NCBI GenBank assembly: GCA_003156595.1
Contig: PMHH01000109.1
Location: forward strand, 7,168 to 71,167
From: Acidimicrobiaceae bacterium
GTDB lineage: Bacteria > Actinomycetota > Acidimicrobiia > Acidimicrobiales > Palsa-688
Direction of reading: 5' to 3'
Length of the DNA: 64,000 bases
Shown piece by piece: positions 35,960 through 46,140 of this stretch; the first letter of the stretch is position 1, and each line of letters begins with the position of its first letter. The notes under the pieces were generated by a model. That model saw only the letters and a list, made by a program, of their open reading frames with translations, searched no databases and was not told the origin of the DNA. The position numbers were made by a program, and so were the translations under genes.

Positions 35960-37249
35960 TCAAGTCCCCTTCACTGACGGTTGACGGCTCCACAGAACGG
36001 CCATGAGGCCGAACGCGGCGACCGTTGCGAGAGGAACTAATGACCACTCGCTGAGGATGACGACCGGCACCAACCCTACGGCGTGCACGACGAAGAGCAG
36101 AGCCGCCCATCCCGCTAAGCGATGCCACTGGTCCGTGTCTCCATGGGCGGCTCGCGTGTGAAGCTGCCAGTAAGTAGAGAAGGGTATTGCCAGGCCGTAG
36201 CAGAGTGAGAGATCGAGAACCCGGTTGTAGCCGATCCCCTCCACATGGCCCCCTCGGAGGACCAGAGGAAGGACAAGCGGCAGCAACACCAGGAACGAGC
36301 ACCCTGCAACTGCACCCAACCCAATCGAATAGCGCCGCTTGGCAAGATCTAGACGTCCCGCCAAAGCCTGACTGCTCAATGGATAGAGGACGATGAGGAC
36401 TGTAGCCACGAAAAGGCTATACGCGAGCGCGGCAGCGCCAGCCCACCCCTTACCAGCACCAAGCAGGACGACCTGGTCGATCAGAGCGTCGAATTGGATG
36501 ACCACGACATAGACCAATGGCCACCACGGTGAGCCAGACTCGGACCTCTTCGCAGGACGTCCCCCGAGGCTCAGAACTCCTGCGATACCTGCTTGCCATG
36601 TCGACCCAACCAAATATCCGAGGAGGACATGAGTGAGATTCTCGGTCCCGAGGAGGGACCACACGATCAGTGTCGGTCCGGCAGCCGTGATGGCGCCAAC
36701 TAGGGCGGGCGCCAAGCGCCCCGCAGCAGCCGCTTTCTGACTCCAAAGGAGCCAAGCTGAGAAGCTAACCACGATCCCTACGGCGGCTCCCGCCGCGACA
36801 CTACCGACCACCGCAGCTAGAACCGCCGATATAGCCACACCGGCCAAGATCAGGAGGGCTCTTGTTGAGATCCGGCCTGACACCCAGACGAAGACTAGGA
36901 GCAGACCGATCGCGTTCGAGACAACCGCGAGGAGAGACATGAGCACTTCGGCATGGTCGAGTACGACCGTCCCGTACGCTCGCTGATAGAAGAAACGCTC
37001 CCTGACAAAGGTCGTGATGTAGCTGCTACCGGTCAATCCCACTAACAAGAGAGTGGAGTTCCAAAGGGGATGCCGAGAACTTGGCCTTGAGTGCACGATC
37101 CCTCGCCCTGGCGGACGCGCCCTGGGGCCAAGATCGAGAGGTGAAAAGCGGATATCCGGCAAGGGGTCCCAGCCCGCCGGGGACGAGCTCACTGCTCTGA
37201 GTCCGGGCGCGCCACCGGATTCCACTGGAACGGGAGGCTCGTAAGGCAC
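35960..37249 (-). CDS. Polytopic membrane protein, putative Wzx/MurJ-like (MOP superfamily) flippase
   Basis: It has about 12 hydrophobic segments and sits in a glycan locus. The assignment is by topology and context only. Confidence 0.45.
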   Translation of the reverse strand: MPYEPPVPVESGGAPGLRAVSSSPAGWDPLPDIRFSPLDLGPRARPPGRGIVHSRPSSRHPLWNSTLLLVGLTGSSYITTFVRERFFYQRAYGTVVLDHAEVLMSLLAVVSNAIGLLLVFVWVSGRISTRALLILAGVAISAVLAAVVGSVAAGAAVGIVVSFSAWLLWSQKAAAAGRLAPALVGAITAAGPTLIVWSLLGTENLTHVLLGYLVGSTWQAGIAGVLSLGGRPAKRSESGSPWWPLVYVVVIQFDALIDQVVLLGAGKGWAGAAALAYSLFVATVLIVLYPLSSQALAGRLDLAKRRYSIGLGAVAGCSFLVLLPLVLPLVLRGGHVEGIGYNRVLDLSLCYGLAIPFSTYWQLHTRAAHGDTDQWHRLAGWAALLFVVHAVGLVPVVILSEWSLVPLATVAAFGLMAVLWSRQPSVKGT

Positions 37250-37428
37250 GTCAGGGAGGCCTCACCTCCGCCTCGCCTTGGCGCGCGCCTGGGGTGGGTA
37301 CGCGACGAAAGTCGAACCCTGCCGGCTTGAAGTGGCTTTGACATCATGCGGCGCCCACGGTCGCCGAGGATAAAGACCAGAAACAAGCTGCACCACCTCG
37401 ACGGCCCATATCCGACCCTCAAACGGAG

Positions 37429-38376
37429 TTACTTCCCAGCCATCTCATATGCCGAAGTAACTTGCGCCCCCAGTCCGCTCCGCAACGTCACCCGCGGCTC
37501 CCAGCCGAGCATCTCTCTCGCCAGATCAGAACTGGCTCCGGTTCGAGTGACGTCCCCCGCCTGCGAACCGCCACGCTCCACTCGCACCGCCCTCCCCGCG
37601 AGCTCAGCGACGAGTTCGATCACCTCCAGCATCGACACGCTGGACCCCCCCGCGATGTTGACAACCGTCCCGGGAGCGACATCGGCGCCCGCGGCAGCCA
37701 CGTTCGCACCGACCACGTCGTCAACGTAGGTGAAATCCCTCACCTGAGTTCCGTCGCCGAAGAGCTGGAACCTCCGTCCAAGTAACGCGGCCTCAATTAT
37801 TCTGTGCATCGCCATATCCGGACGCTGGCGAGGTCCGTATACGGTGAAGTATCGAAGCGAAACCGTACTAAGGCCCCAGTTCGCCGCATACAGGTTGCAG
37901 AGATGCTCAGCTGCTAGCTTCGTGACACCATAAGGACTGAACGGACGCGGTAAGTCAACCTCTCTCGTGGGGTATGACAACGCATTACCATAGATCGATG
38001 AGCTCGATGCGAATATGAATCGGGGCGTCTGCACCGTCCTCACAGCCTCCAGCAATCGCTGAGTCCCCAGGATGTTATGGGAGCAGTAGTCGGCAAAGCC
38101 GGCCGCAAATGACGTCCGGATGCCCGGTTGCCCTGCCTGATGGAAGACCACCTCAGCGCCTTCGACAAGTGGCTCGAGGGACGCATTCCGCAAATCCACA
38201 GCGGCCAACTCAAAGCTGGGTGACTCCAGAAGCGTCGCCAGATTAGCGCGCTTAATCTCGACGTCGTAGTAATCCGTGAAACAATCAATCCCGAGTACTC
38301 GGTCTCCCCGTCTCAGGACCGCCTCAGCGAGGTGGCTTCCAATGAAGCCTGCCACACCAGTAACGACAGTGTACAT
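37429..38376 (-). CDS. NAD-dependent nucleotide-sugar epimerase/dehydratase
   Basis: The motifs are VTGVAGFIGSHL and the catalytic YGVTK, as in extended SDRs. Confidence 0.9.
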   Translation of the reverse strand: MYTVVTGVAGFIGSHLAEAVLRRGDRVLGIDCFTDYYDVEIKRANLATLLESPSFELAAVDLRNASLEPLVEGAEVVFHQAGQPGIRTSFAAGFADYCSHNILGTQRLLEAVRTVQTPRFIFASSSSIYGNALSYPTREVDLPRPFSPYGVTKLAAEHLCNLYAANWGLSTVSLRYFTVYGPRQRPDMAMHRIIEAALLGRRFQLFGDGTQVRDFTYVDDVVGANVAAAGADVAPGTVVNIAGGSSVSMLEVIELVAELAGRAVRVERGGSQAGDVTRTGASSDLAREMLGWEPRVTLRSGLGAQVTSAYEMAGK

Positions 38377-38548
38377 TGCTACCTCTTCTCACACGGTACC
38401 GCACGTCACCAGCCAAGATGGTTCGCAGGAACGCGCCTCCGGAATCACGCCGAAAGCCTAGCCCACTCGTCGACCCACTCCAGCAGTGCCGCAACGTCCA
38501 GTGCACTAATCGTCGCGCTCCTCTCGTTCCTATCGAAGCTTTGGCGCG

Positions 38549-39481
38549 TCATCGAGGCTTCCGGAGAACGATCGCAAATGATTCGGCACTCTGAACCTCA
38601 TTGATGCGGCGGAAGAGCAAAATCCACAGGCGCCACACGAGATAGGCTGGCACGAACGAGAAGAAGTAGCTGCTCATGTAATAGAGTTCAGTCGAGATCA
38701 CCTCGAGGCCTCGCTCCTTCGCCATAGCTTTGAACTCTAACGGCGTACACCTCCGGTAGTAGGCCGGAAAACCCACGCTATCGATATCTTCATCTCGGGT
38801 AAGCGCCAGCGCAGCACGCTTCAATCTCTCTGGCAGCAGAAGGTTGATCCGGGCGAACAAAGCGTTACGTGATGGTACAAACATGACTGCCTCTCCACCC
38901 CGAGCCAACAGGCTGGCGATACCATCAAATGCCCCCTCGATGTCATCAACATGCTCCAGAACCGCGCTAGCGATCACCAGATCAGCATCGCCAGGTCCTC
39001 GATATCGTCCTATGTCACACACGACCGTCTGGTCGTAGATTCCAGCCGGCGCAGCGTCCAACTGATCTGGACTAATATCTAGGCCGACCACACGAAGGCT
39101 CAGAGCCGCTTTCACCTTTCCAGATACATGCGGCCGCTTGCCCCCGCCAATATCGTAGACGCATTGTCCTCGACGTATCCGACTCGGTAGAATTCGATCT
39201 TGATAGTCTGTCATGCCAATAGTCCGTAGATCTGATGGTAGTATGCGGTCGATCCTGGCGCTGATTCGACGCTGACTAGCCAAGACACGACGCAGAAGAT
39301 CGATCGTGGACATGCGATTCAATGGACGGTCGCTTGGACTGCGCTCGACCGGTTCACCCGGTATCCCTTTGCCTTCTTCGAAAGTGTTAGCTCGCAGAGT
39401 GTCAAGATGATAGCGTATCGTCGACTCTCTGGGAACCATCTGCACAAGCCTGGCGTCGCACCGGTCAGCGCCGGCGGCCAT
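38549..39481 (-). CDS. Class I SAM-dependent methyltransferase
   Basis: The motifs are VYDIGGGKRP...VVGLDISPDQL, DLVIASAVLEHV and LARGGEAV. Confidence 0.7.
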   Translation of the reverse strand: MAAGADRCDARLVQMVPRESTIRYHLDTLRANTFEEGKGIPGEPVERSPSDRPLNRMSTIDLLRRVLASQRRISARIDRILPSDLRTIGMTDYQDRILPSRIRRGQCVYDIGGGKRPHVSGKVKAALSLRVVGLDISPDQLDAAPAGIYDQTVVCDIGRYRGPGDADLVIASAVLEHVDDIEGAFDGIASLLARGGEAVMFVPSRNALFARINLLLPERLKRAALALTRDEDIDSVGFPAYYRRCTPLEFKAMAKERGLEVISTELYYMSSYFFSFVPAYLVWRLWILLFRRINEVQSAESFAIVLRKPR

Positions 39482-39546
39482 CTAGCGTTCGAGTGGCAAC
39501 CATTCTGAGTAGAGGCTCCTTTGCATAGAATAGAAGAGGGCTCGGT

Positions 39547-40503
39547 GTGGGCGTAAGCGGACTGCGAGAATGGCGCTCGATCCTAATCTGTCCCCGATGC
39601 TCGAGTCCGCTCGAGATGGAGCAGACAGTCGTGCGCTGCACCGAGGGGACATGCCTGTACTCAGAGCAGCCATTTCCCGTCGTCGCCGGAACTCCGGCGC
39701 TCGTCGACTTCGAGCGCAGTATCGTATCGGCCGAGCAGCTGGTCGGCTCCGGTGGCAAGTCACAGATCCCTCGGGGTTCGCGACTACGGCGCCGAGTGGG
39801 CGGTCTGGTCCGGCCACGGGGCTACCGGACGGAACGGAACATCAGCCGTATGCTCGAACTTCTTCGCCGAGATGCGGAGCCATCCAAGCGGCCAGTAATA
39901 CTGATAATTGGTGGTGGGACTGTCGGTCGGGGTACTGCTGATCTTTATGGCGCGGCCGACGTTGATACTCTGGCCTTTGACATCTATTGGAGCCCACTCG
40001 TCCAATTGATCGCCGATGGGCATCGTATTCCCCTCATGAGCGAGACCTTTGATGGCGTCGTCATACAGGCGGTGCTTGAGCACGTACTGGAGCCCCACGT
40101 CGTTGCTGAGCAGATCCATCGGGTCCTGCGCCCGACGGGCCTCGTCTATGCCGAGACCCCTTTCCTTCAGCACGTACACGAGGGCGCTTACGACTTCACC
40201 CGCTTCACCGACAGCGGACACCGGTACCTCTTTCGAGACTTCGCCCGGATCGACTCTGGAGTCGTGGCAGGTCCCGGTACACAGCTCGTTTGGTCGATCG
40301 AGTCCTTCGTCCGTGCCCTGTTTCGATCTCGATGGGCTGGGCGCGCAGCGCGACTGGCCGTCTCTTGGCTGGCCCTGATCGATCGGTTCCTCGATCCTAG
40401 GTATTCGATTGACGGAGCCTGCGGCGTGTACTTTCTTGGGCGTAAGTCCACGTTGCGCCTCCAGCCGCGGGAGATTGTTGGCTATTACGAAGGAGCCCTG
40501 TGA
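39547..40503 (+). CDS. SAM-dependent methyltransferase with an N-terminal Trm112-like zinc ribbon
   Basis: The zinc ribbon is CPRCSSPL...VRCTEGTC, followed by ILIIGGGTVG, VVIQAVLEHV and LRPTGLVY. Confidence 0.75.
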   Translation: MGVSGLREWRSILICPRCSSPLEMEQTVVRCTEGTCLYSEQPFPVVAGTPALVDFERSIVSAEQLVGSGGKSQIPRGSRLRRRVGGLVRPRGYRTERNISRMLELLRRDAEPSKRPVILIIGGGTVGRGTADLYGAADVDTLAFDIYWSPLVQLIADGHRIPLMSETFDGVVIQAVLEHVLEPHVVAEQIHRVLRPTGLVYAETPFLQHVHEGAYDFTRFTDSGHRYLFRDFARIDSGVVAGPGTQLVWSIESFVRALFRSRWAGRAARLAVSWLALIDRFLDPRYSIDGACGVYFLGRKSTLRLQPREIVGYYEGAL

Positions 40504-40528
40504 TCATCGGTCCCAGGGTTTGCGACTG

Positions 40529-41752
40529 ATGCTTCGAAGGAAACCGAAACCGCGGCTGGGTGGCCCAGCCGATTTCTCTCGACAACTCGACACGGATCCC
40601 GGGCTCGACACAGACCCTCTGGCCGGACGCAGGATCCTCTTCGTCGTCAACCTTGACCGGGCCTTCCTCTCGCACCGCCTGGCACTCGGGCTGGGCGCAC
40701 AAGTAGCAGGCGCAGACGTCTGGGTCGCCGCGCCCGACACGGGGCGGTCTATGGAGATCCGTCAGCATGGCCTGCACTTCGTGCCGCTCAAGATCAGCCG
40801 CAACAGGGGACGCCTCCTTGGGGAACTCGTCACCGTCCTTTCCTTGGCCAGGCTGTATCACCGGCTCAAACCTGACCTTGTACATCATGTGACAATCAAG
40901 CCGGTCCTTTATGGATCTATCATTTCCCGAGTTCGACGCATCAGGACTGTTAACGCAATTCCCGGTTTCGGGCATTTGTACGGGTCGGAAGAAAGCAAGG
41001 TTCTGCGGATGGCCGTGGAATGGATCTATCGAATAGCGTTGCGCAACCCCCGCTCCTACACTATCTTTCAGAATGAAGAGGACCGCAACGATTTCACAGG
41101 GCGCGGGTTAGCCCCGGAATCCCGGGCTATCCTAATTCGTGGAGCCGGTGTCGATTGTGACGTTTTTCGCCCGGCGTCTGCGCCGCCGGGCGAGTTGATC
41201 GTCCTTTTCGCCTCCAGGATGCTGCGAGAGAAAGGGGTCGAGGACTTTGTCGCCGCAGCGCGGAGTCTCCGGCCCTCCTATCCCGAAGTCCGATTCGTCC
41301 TCGTCGGCGACGAGGATAACAGCCCCTCGTCAGTCACCGCGGACCAACTGCGTGGCTGGCAAGAGGAAGGAGTAGTCGAGTGGTGGGGCTATACCAGCCC
41401 TATGGAGGATGTCCTCCACCAGGCATCAATTGTCGTACTTCCCACCTTCTACCGCGAGGGCCTGCCGAAGATTCTCCTAGAGGCCGCCGCCTGTGGCCTG
41501 CCTATGATTTCCACAGACATTCCTGGCTGTAGGGACATCGTTCGAGACGGGGTCACAGGTTTGCTGGTCGCTCCGCACGATCACCAGGGACTCATCGCTG
41601 CGATCCGTGCGCTACTCGATGACGGCGAGTCCCGCCGGCTCCTCGGACGGCAGGCTCGAGCGCTCGTTGTGGAGCAGTTCAGTGTGGAGCAGATCGGACA
41701 CGAGACACTCGCTGTCTACCGAGCGTTGCTGAGCGACACGCACGGCAGGTAG
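40529..41752 (+). CDS. GT4-family glycosyltransferase
   Basis: The N-terminus is RILFVVN...FLSHR and the E-x7-E region is REGLPKILLEAAACGLPMISTD. The ATG at 40529 is preferred over the track start at 40409. Confidence 0.85.
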   Translation: MLRRKPKPRLGGPADFSRQLDTDPGLDTDPLAGRRILFVVNLDRAFLSHRLALGLGAQVAGADVWVAAPDTGRSMEIRQHGLHFVPLKISRNRGRLLGELVTVLSLARLYHRLKPDLVHHVTIKPVLYGSIISRVRRIRTVNAIPGFGHLYGSEESKVLRMAVEWIYRIALRNPRSYTIFQNEEDRNDFTGRGLAPESRAILIRGAGVDCDVFRPASAPPGELIVLFASRMLREKGVEDFVAAARSLRPSYPEVRFVLVGDEDNSPSSVTADQLRGWQEEGVVEWWGYTSPMEDVLHQASIVVLPTFYREGLPKILLEAAACGLPMISTDIPGCRDIVRDGVTGLLVAPHDHQGLIAAIRALLDDGESRRLLGRQARALVVEQFSVEQIGHETLAVYRALLSDTHGR

Positions 41753-42007
41753 GGATGGACCCCAAGGTTGCGCACCCCCTCTCCTATCGATCCTGGCCCT
41801 AGGCGCTGAGCTAGGCTAAATTTGCCTGGTTGCACAGCGTCAGCTTTAGAGGCAGGAACCTTTGAGACAAAATGGGTTGACCAAGTTGGCGCGCTGGGGC
41901 GGGGGTGTGGGGGAAACATAACCATGCGATCTACCGATCAGCTCGTCCCAAGACCGTCCCGTTTCTGCCAGACGGCCGTCTTCGGCCGGACCGAGGCGGC
42001 CTAAGCG

Positions 42008-43483
42008 GTGTCGTCTCAATCAGTTCGACAGGCAGGGAAGACAGCGCCTACCGGTGCCGAGCAGACCGACAACAGCAACCGTGCCAACGATGACCTGTCC
42101 GCCATGCCGCGAGGCCGAGATCAGCTCCTGCTAGGTCGGCAGCAGACGAGGATCGTGCGCGGGTTGCTTCCACGCCTCCTTGGCGACGTGCTGGCCGTGT
42201 CCCTTGGATTGGTCGTCTACCACGCCCTCACCGGACACGGCATTGCCAGGCAGATCGTCTTCGCCCTTTGCTACGTGATAATCGCGGCCATAATCGACGC
42301 CACGCATGTTCGGGCGGAGTGGAACCTCGTCGAAGAGTTCGTCCTGGCTCTGAAGGTCGCCATCGTGGCGCTAGCACTCACCGCTACGGTCGGCTTTCTG
42401 ACATCGGAGAGGGTGTCGCGGATACTCTTCGTGTCGGTAACGGCTGTCCTGATACTGGTGCGACCGCTGGCCGCATTTGGCTTGCATCGCCTGGAATCGA
42501 CTGATCGGTCATTGCGAACACTCGTCCTGGTCTGCAGCGAGTCCGAGTACATGGAGATGGTAGAGGCCATCGCAGCTCGCTCCTTGGGCCGCCTCCGCTT
42601 AGTCGCTTGGTTGCCCACCGACATCGTCCGCCCAGAAGGCTGGCACAGCGAGCGAGACCACTACGTCGGTGACGCTCGCAACTTGGAGCGGGTCTGCGAG
42701 CAGCTCCGGCCATGGCGGGTGGTGATCGGGAGTACCGAAGTGGCCGCCGAGGGCTTTACCGAGAGCGTCGCCGCGGTCAACGAGATGGGAATCCAGGTGC
42801 GCAGCTTCTCGACAGTGTTCGAGGAGGAGTTCGGGCGAGTACCTCTCGTGAGCTTGGACGTTTCATGGTTCCTATTTGATATCGGACCATTGCACCGCTT
42901 GGGCTACAGGACTGCTCGTCGTGCGGTCGACGTCGCCGCCGGGTTGCTGGCCGGGTTCGTGTTTCTTGTGTTAATGCCGCTCGTGGCGTTGGTCATCCGT
43001 ATGGAGACTGCCGGACCAGTGTTCTACCGGCAGACACGTAGCGGTCAAAGCGGCCGACAGTTTCAGTTGGTAAAATTCCGGACGATGCAAGTAGACGCCG
43101 AGTCGTCGGGTCCCCAGTTTGCGAATGCTGGCGATCCACGGGTAACGCGCGTGGGGCGGGTGCTCCGCAAATCCCGCATCGATGAGCTGCCGCAGAGCCG
43201 CAGCCTCCTTCGAGGAGATATGTCGCTGATTGGGCCCCGTCCCGAACGCCCTGAGTTCGTCGGTGGGTTCGCCGAATCCCTCCCGTTCTACAACAAGCGC
43301 CTCCTGATGAAGCCGGGCCTGACCGGCTGGGCCCAGGTCCACGAGGGATACAGCGCGTCCTTGGAGGACACCCGGCGCAAGCTGGAACGAGACCTCTACT
43401 ACCTCAAGCACCAATCGCTCGGACTGGACATCCGGATCATGGCGGCCACCGTCTCGAGCATTGTCCGCCTCGAAGGCCGCTGA
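42008..43483 (+). CDS. Polyprenyl-phosphate glycosylphosphotransferase (WbaP/EpsB-type initiating sugar transferase)
   Basis: The motifs are VFYRQTRSGQSGRQFQLVKFRTM, RIDELPQ and GDMSLIGPRPERPEF, with N-terminal TM helices. Confidence 0.9.
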   Translation: MSSQSVRQAGKTAPTGAEQTDNSNRANDDLSAMPRGRDQLLLGRQQTRIVRGLLPRLLGDVLAVSLGLVVYHALTGHGIARQIVFALCYVIIAAIIDATHVRAEWNLVEEFVLALKVAIVALALTATVGFLTSERVSRILFVSVTAVLILVRPLAAFGLHRLESTDRSLRTLVLVCSESEYMEMVEAIAARSLGRLRLVAWLPTDIVRPEGWHSERDHYVGDARNLERVCEQLRPWRVVIGSTEVAAEGFTESVAAVNEMGIQVRSFSTVFEEEFGRVPLVSLDVSWFLFDIGPLHRLGYRTARRAVDVAAGLLAGFVFLVLMPLVALVIRMETAGPVFYRQTRSGQSGRQFQLVKFRTMQVDAESSGPQFANAGDPRVTRVGRVLRKSRIDELPQSRSLLRGDMSLIGPRPERPEFVGGFAESLPFYNKRLLMKPGLTGWAQVHEGYSASLEDTRRKLERDLYYLKHQSLGLDIRIMAATVSSIVRLEGR

Positions 43484-43512
43484 ATCAGCGGCGTGCCAAT
43501 GAGGAGGCAGCA

Positions 43513-44286
43513 GTGATTCGACTCGTGTTTCTGCTCCGTCGGCTAGCCGACACGAGCCTTGAGGAGTTCCAGACTTACTGGCGCGATCAACACGCTCCCC
43601 TGGTGGCGTCGCACCAAATGCGCCTGGGAATCCTCCGCTATACCCAGTCACACCGCATCGAGGACCCGGTCAACGGAACCTTGGCCGCGGCCCGGGGAGG
43701 GATGGAGGAGCCCTACGACGGCGTGGCCGAGCTCTGGTTCCAATCAGAAGAGGCGATGATCGCCAACGCCAATACTGAGGACGGCCGGCGGGCGGCGCGT
43801 GAGCTACTCGAGGATGAGCGCGCCTTCATCGACCTGGCGTCGTCACCACTGTGGGTCGCCCATGAGTATCCCCAGGTCAACCCCGCTCCCGAGGACATCG
43901 TCGCCCGACCGAACAGTCCGATCGTCAAGCTCCATTTTCCTCTTCGGCACCGGGCGGACATGAGCCCCGAGGACGCCCGGCGTTACTGGCTCGTGCAGCA
44001 CGGTCCCCTGGTGCGCTGGTGCGCGGTAGCACGGGGGCTGTTGCGCTACCAGCAGGTGCATCGATTTGAATCGCCTGTCGAGGACGCCCTGCGCAAGGGG
44101 CGGGGCACCGTGACGGAGCCCTACCTCGGCCACGCCGAGGCCTGGTTCGACCGAACCCTCCCCCGCCAAACGCCGGAGGCTCGAGAGGCCGGCCGGTTGT
44201 TCATCGAGGATGAGTCGAAGTTCATTGACTTCGCCCGCTCGGCGATCTGGCTGGGCAAGGAGCTGGTGATCGTCGATCGCTGGTAG
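43513..44286 (+). CDS. Tandem EthD-domain protein
   Basis: Two copies of an EthD-like pattern are present: IRLVFLLRRLADTSLEEFQTYWRDQHAPLV and VKLHFPLRHRADMSPEDARRYWLVQHGPLV. Confidence 0.65.
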   Translation: MIRLVFLLRRLADTSLEEFQTYWRDQHAPLVASHQMRLGILRYTQSHRIEDPVNGTLAAARGGMEEPYDGVAELWFQSEEAMIANANTEDGRRAARELLEDERAFIDLASSPLWVAHEYPQVNPAPEDIVARPNSPIVKLHFPLRHRADMSPEDARRYWLVQHGPLVRWCAVARGLLRYQQVHRFESPVEDALRKGRGTVTEPYLGHAEAWFDRTLPRQTPEAREAGRLFIEDESKFIDFARSAIWLGKELVIVDRW

Positions 44287-44287
44287 G

Positions 44288-45682
44288 TCAGCTACGCGCC
44301 TCAGCCGGGAGTAGGTACTTCGGGTTCGAGACGCTGAGCTTGTCGTAGACACTGCTTACGAGAAAGGGAGCTAGATCGTCTGGCTGCTCGTCGAAACGGC
44401 CTGAGCGGATGCCTTCCGCCGCATCTTCGGTGGATTGTACGCCGATCTTGGTGAGTTCGGTCACATATCGCTCGAGCCGGGCCGCTCCCGTGAGAACCTC
44501 TCGCTCGACCATCCCCAAGACGTTGACAGCCACCCGGGTGTGGAAGTGCGTGCGTCCTTGCACGGCCGGCAACACGTCGTCTTGGAGGAACTCGCGCACC
44601 GCCACCACCAGCTCTTGGAGACTAGGGGCACCTTGGAGGTCTATCCCGCCGGCTTCGGGGCCGATCGGTGAGGGACGCATCGTCACGACCTCATCCGGAC
44701 ACAGCATGCTGAGCAGGTCCCATTCCTGTTCGCAGACGCGGCGCCCTATGGCGGCGAGCTCGACCGACCTGACGGCTCCGGTGAGATGGACCGATGCTTG
44801 GCCCATACAGATCACGCCCCACCGCAGGGTGCCAAACAGTTCCCACCATCGGAGCAAGTCTCGGCTGACTGGCGGACCGCCAGCTTCGGCATACGCCGTC
44901 AGCAGGTCCTCGTATGACCCGACGCCAGCCACCGGAGCCGTGGCCCCGAAGCGCCAGGCTTTGACGCAAAACCAACCCAGATCTTCGAGGGGATCGCCGA
45001 GATGCACATTCTCCCAATCGAGCACCGCGGCCAGACCATTCTCATCCACGATCAGGTTCCCCAGGCGGAAGTCGCCATGGACGATCGCGCGGGCAGGGCT
45101 GGGCGGAGGCCGGTGCGCGGACAACCACCGGAAGGCATATTCGAAGGTGGGGCTGATCATGCCAACGCTCTCGTAGGTGGCCCGACAGGTGACGAGAGCG
45201 TCCTGAAGTGCCAGACCGCTGATCGGGCCCGGATCGATGCCATGAAGTCCACCTAGGAAGCGTCCGCACTGCGCCACAAGCTTCGGGCGCGCCTCGGCGA
45301 ACTCGGCCTCGCGCAGAATCCTGCGGGCGATGGTCTCCCCGCGAACCCGCTCCATCACGATGCCGGCTGTCTCCCAACACTCGGGGCCGTCACACGACAT
45401 GACCACCTCCGGCACCGCCAGGCCGGCCTGCCGGGCGGCGCGCAGGACGCGAGCTTCGAGACCCATCCCGCCAGGTGAGCTGGGCCGCCCGGCGAAGTCG
45501 CGCCGCAAGATGAGCGCCGCCGCGGATTCTCCGGACCTCTCGACGTCAAACTGTAAGGTCTCTCGCGACGCACCTCCGGGGAGACGGACCAGATTCGTTA
45601 CCCGGAGTCCGGGGCCGTAGATCGGCTGCAGGGCCCGCTCGAGTTCAGACGCCAGTCGCCCCTCCTCCGCGCTATCCCCCAC
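44288..45682 (-). CDS. APH-type phosphotransferase-family kinase
   Basis: The catalytic loop is IVHGDFRLGNLIV and the metal site is VLDWENVHLGDPLEDLG. It shares an operon with an ACAD gene. Confidence 0.85.
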   Translation of the reverse strand: MGDSAEEGRLASELERALQPIYGPGLRVTNLVRLPGGASRETLQFDVERSGESAAALILRRDFAGRPSSPGGMGLEARVLRAARQAGLAVPEVVMSCDGPECWETAGIVMERVRGETIARRILREAEFAEARPKLVAQCGRFLGGLHGIDPGPISGLALQDALVTCRATYESVGMISPTFEYAFRWLSAHRPPPSPARAIVHGDFRLGNLIVDENGLAAVLDWENVHLGDPLEDLGWFCVKAWRFGATAPVAGVGSYEDLLTAYAEAGGPPVSRDLLRWWELFGTLRWGVICMGQASVHLTGAVRSVELAAIGRRVCEQEWDLLSMLCPDEVVTMRPSPIGPEAGGIDLQGAPSLQELVVAVREFLQDDVLPAVQGRTHFHTRVAVNVLGMVEREVLTGAARLERYVTELTKIGVQSTEDAAEGIRSGRFDEQPDDLAPFLVSSVYDKLSVSNPKYLLPAEARS

Positions 45683-46121
45683 CGGCGTGATCTCCAGTCT
45701 TCGGGGCGCGAGGATCGAGGGTCACCAGCTCGGTGAGGATGCCCATGGTGTCCTTCGGGCCGAAGAAGACACCATTGAGCATGTCGCCGATCGCAATTGG
45801 CTCCAGGCCCTGAGCGCGAAGACGCTCGGTCTCCGCAGGGACGTCGTCACAGGCGTAGGCGATGTGGTGCAACCCCGGACCGCGCTTGGCCAAGAACCGC
45901 CCGGTGCCGGTATCGGGGCCGGCCGGAATCAACACCTCGATCAGCGTTTCCCCCTCCCCCACCTTTAGGAAGTAGATCCGGCTGCCGTCCCCCTCGTACT
46001 CCATGCCATCCGGCAGATCGGCGCAGCTCTCGTCCAGCAGCAGGCCGAACGTCCCGGCCAAAAGGCCTTCCGCGACCGGCCACGACGGGGCCACCACTCC
46101 TACATGGTCGATCTTTCTCAT
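45672..46121 (-). CDS. VOC-family protein, methylmalonyl-CoA-epimerase-like
   Basis: The pattern is IDHVGVVA...IEVLIP...FLAKRGPGLHHIAY. Confidence 0.75.
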   Translation of the reverse strand: MRKIDHVGVVAPSWPVAEGLLAGTFGLLLDESCADLPDGMEYEGDGSRIYFLKVGEGETLIEVLIPAGPDTGTGRFLAKRGPGLHHIAYACDDVPAETERLRAQGLEPIAIGDMLNGVFFGPKDTMGILTELVTLDPRAPKTGDHAGGG

Positions 46122-46140
46122 CCTCCCGACCTCCTCGCCG

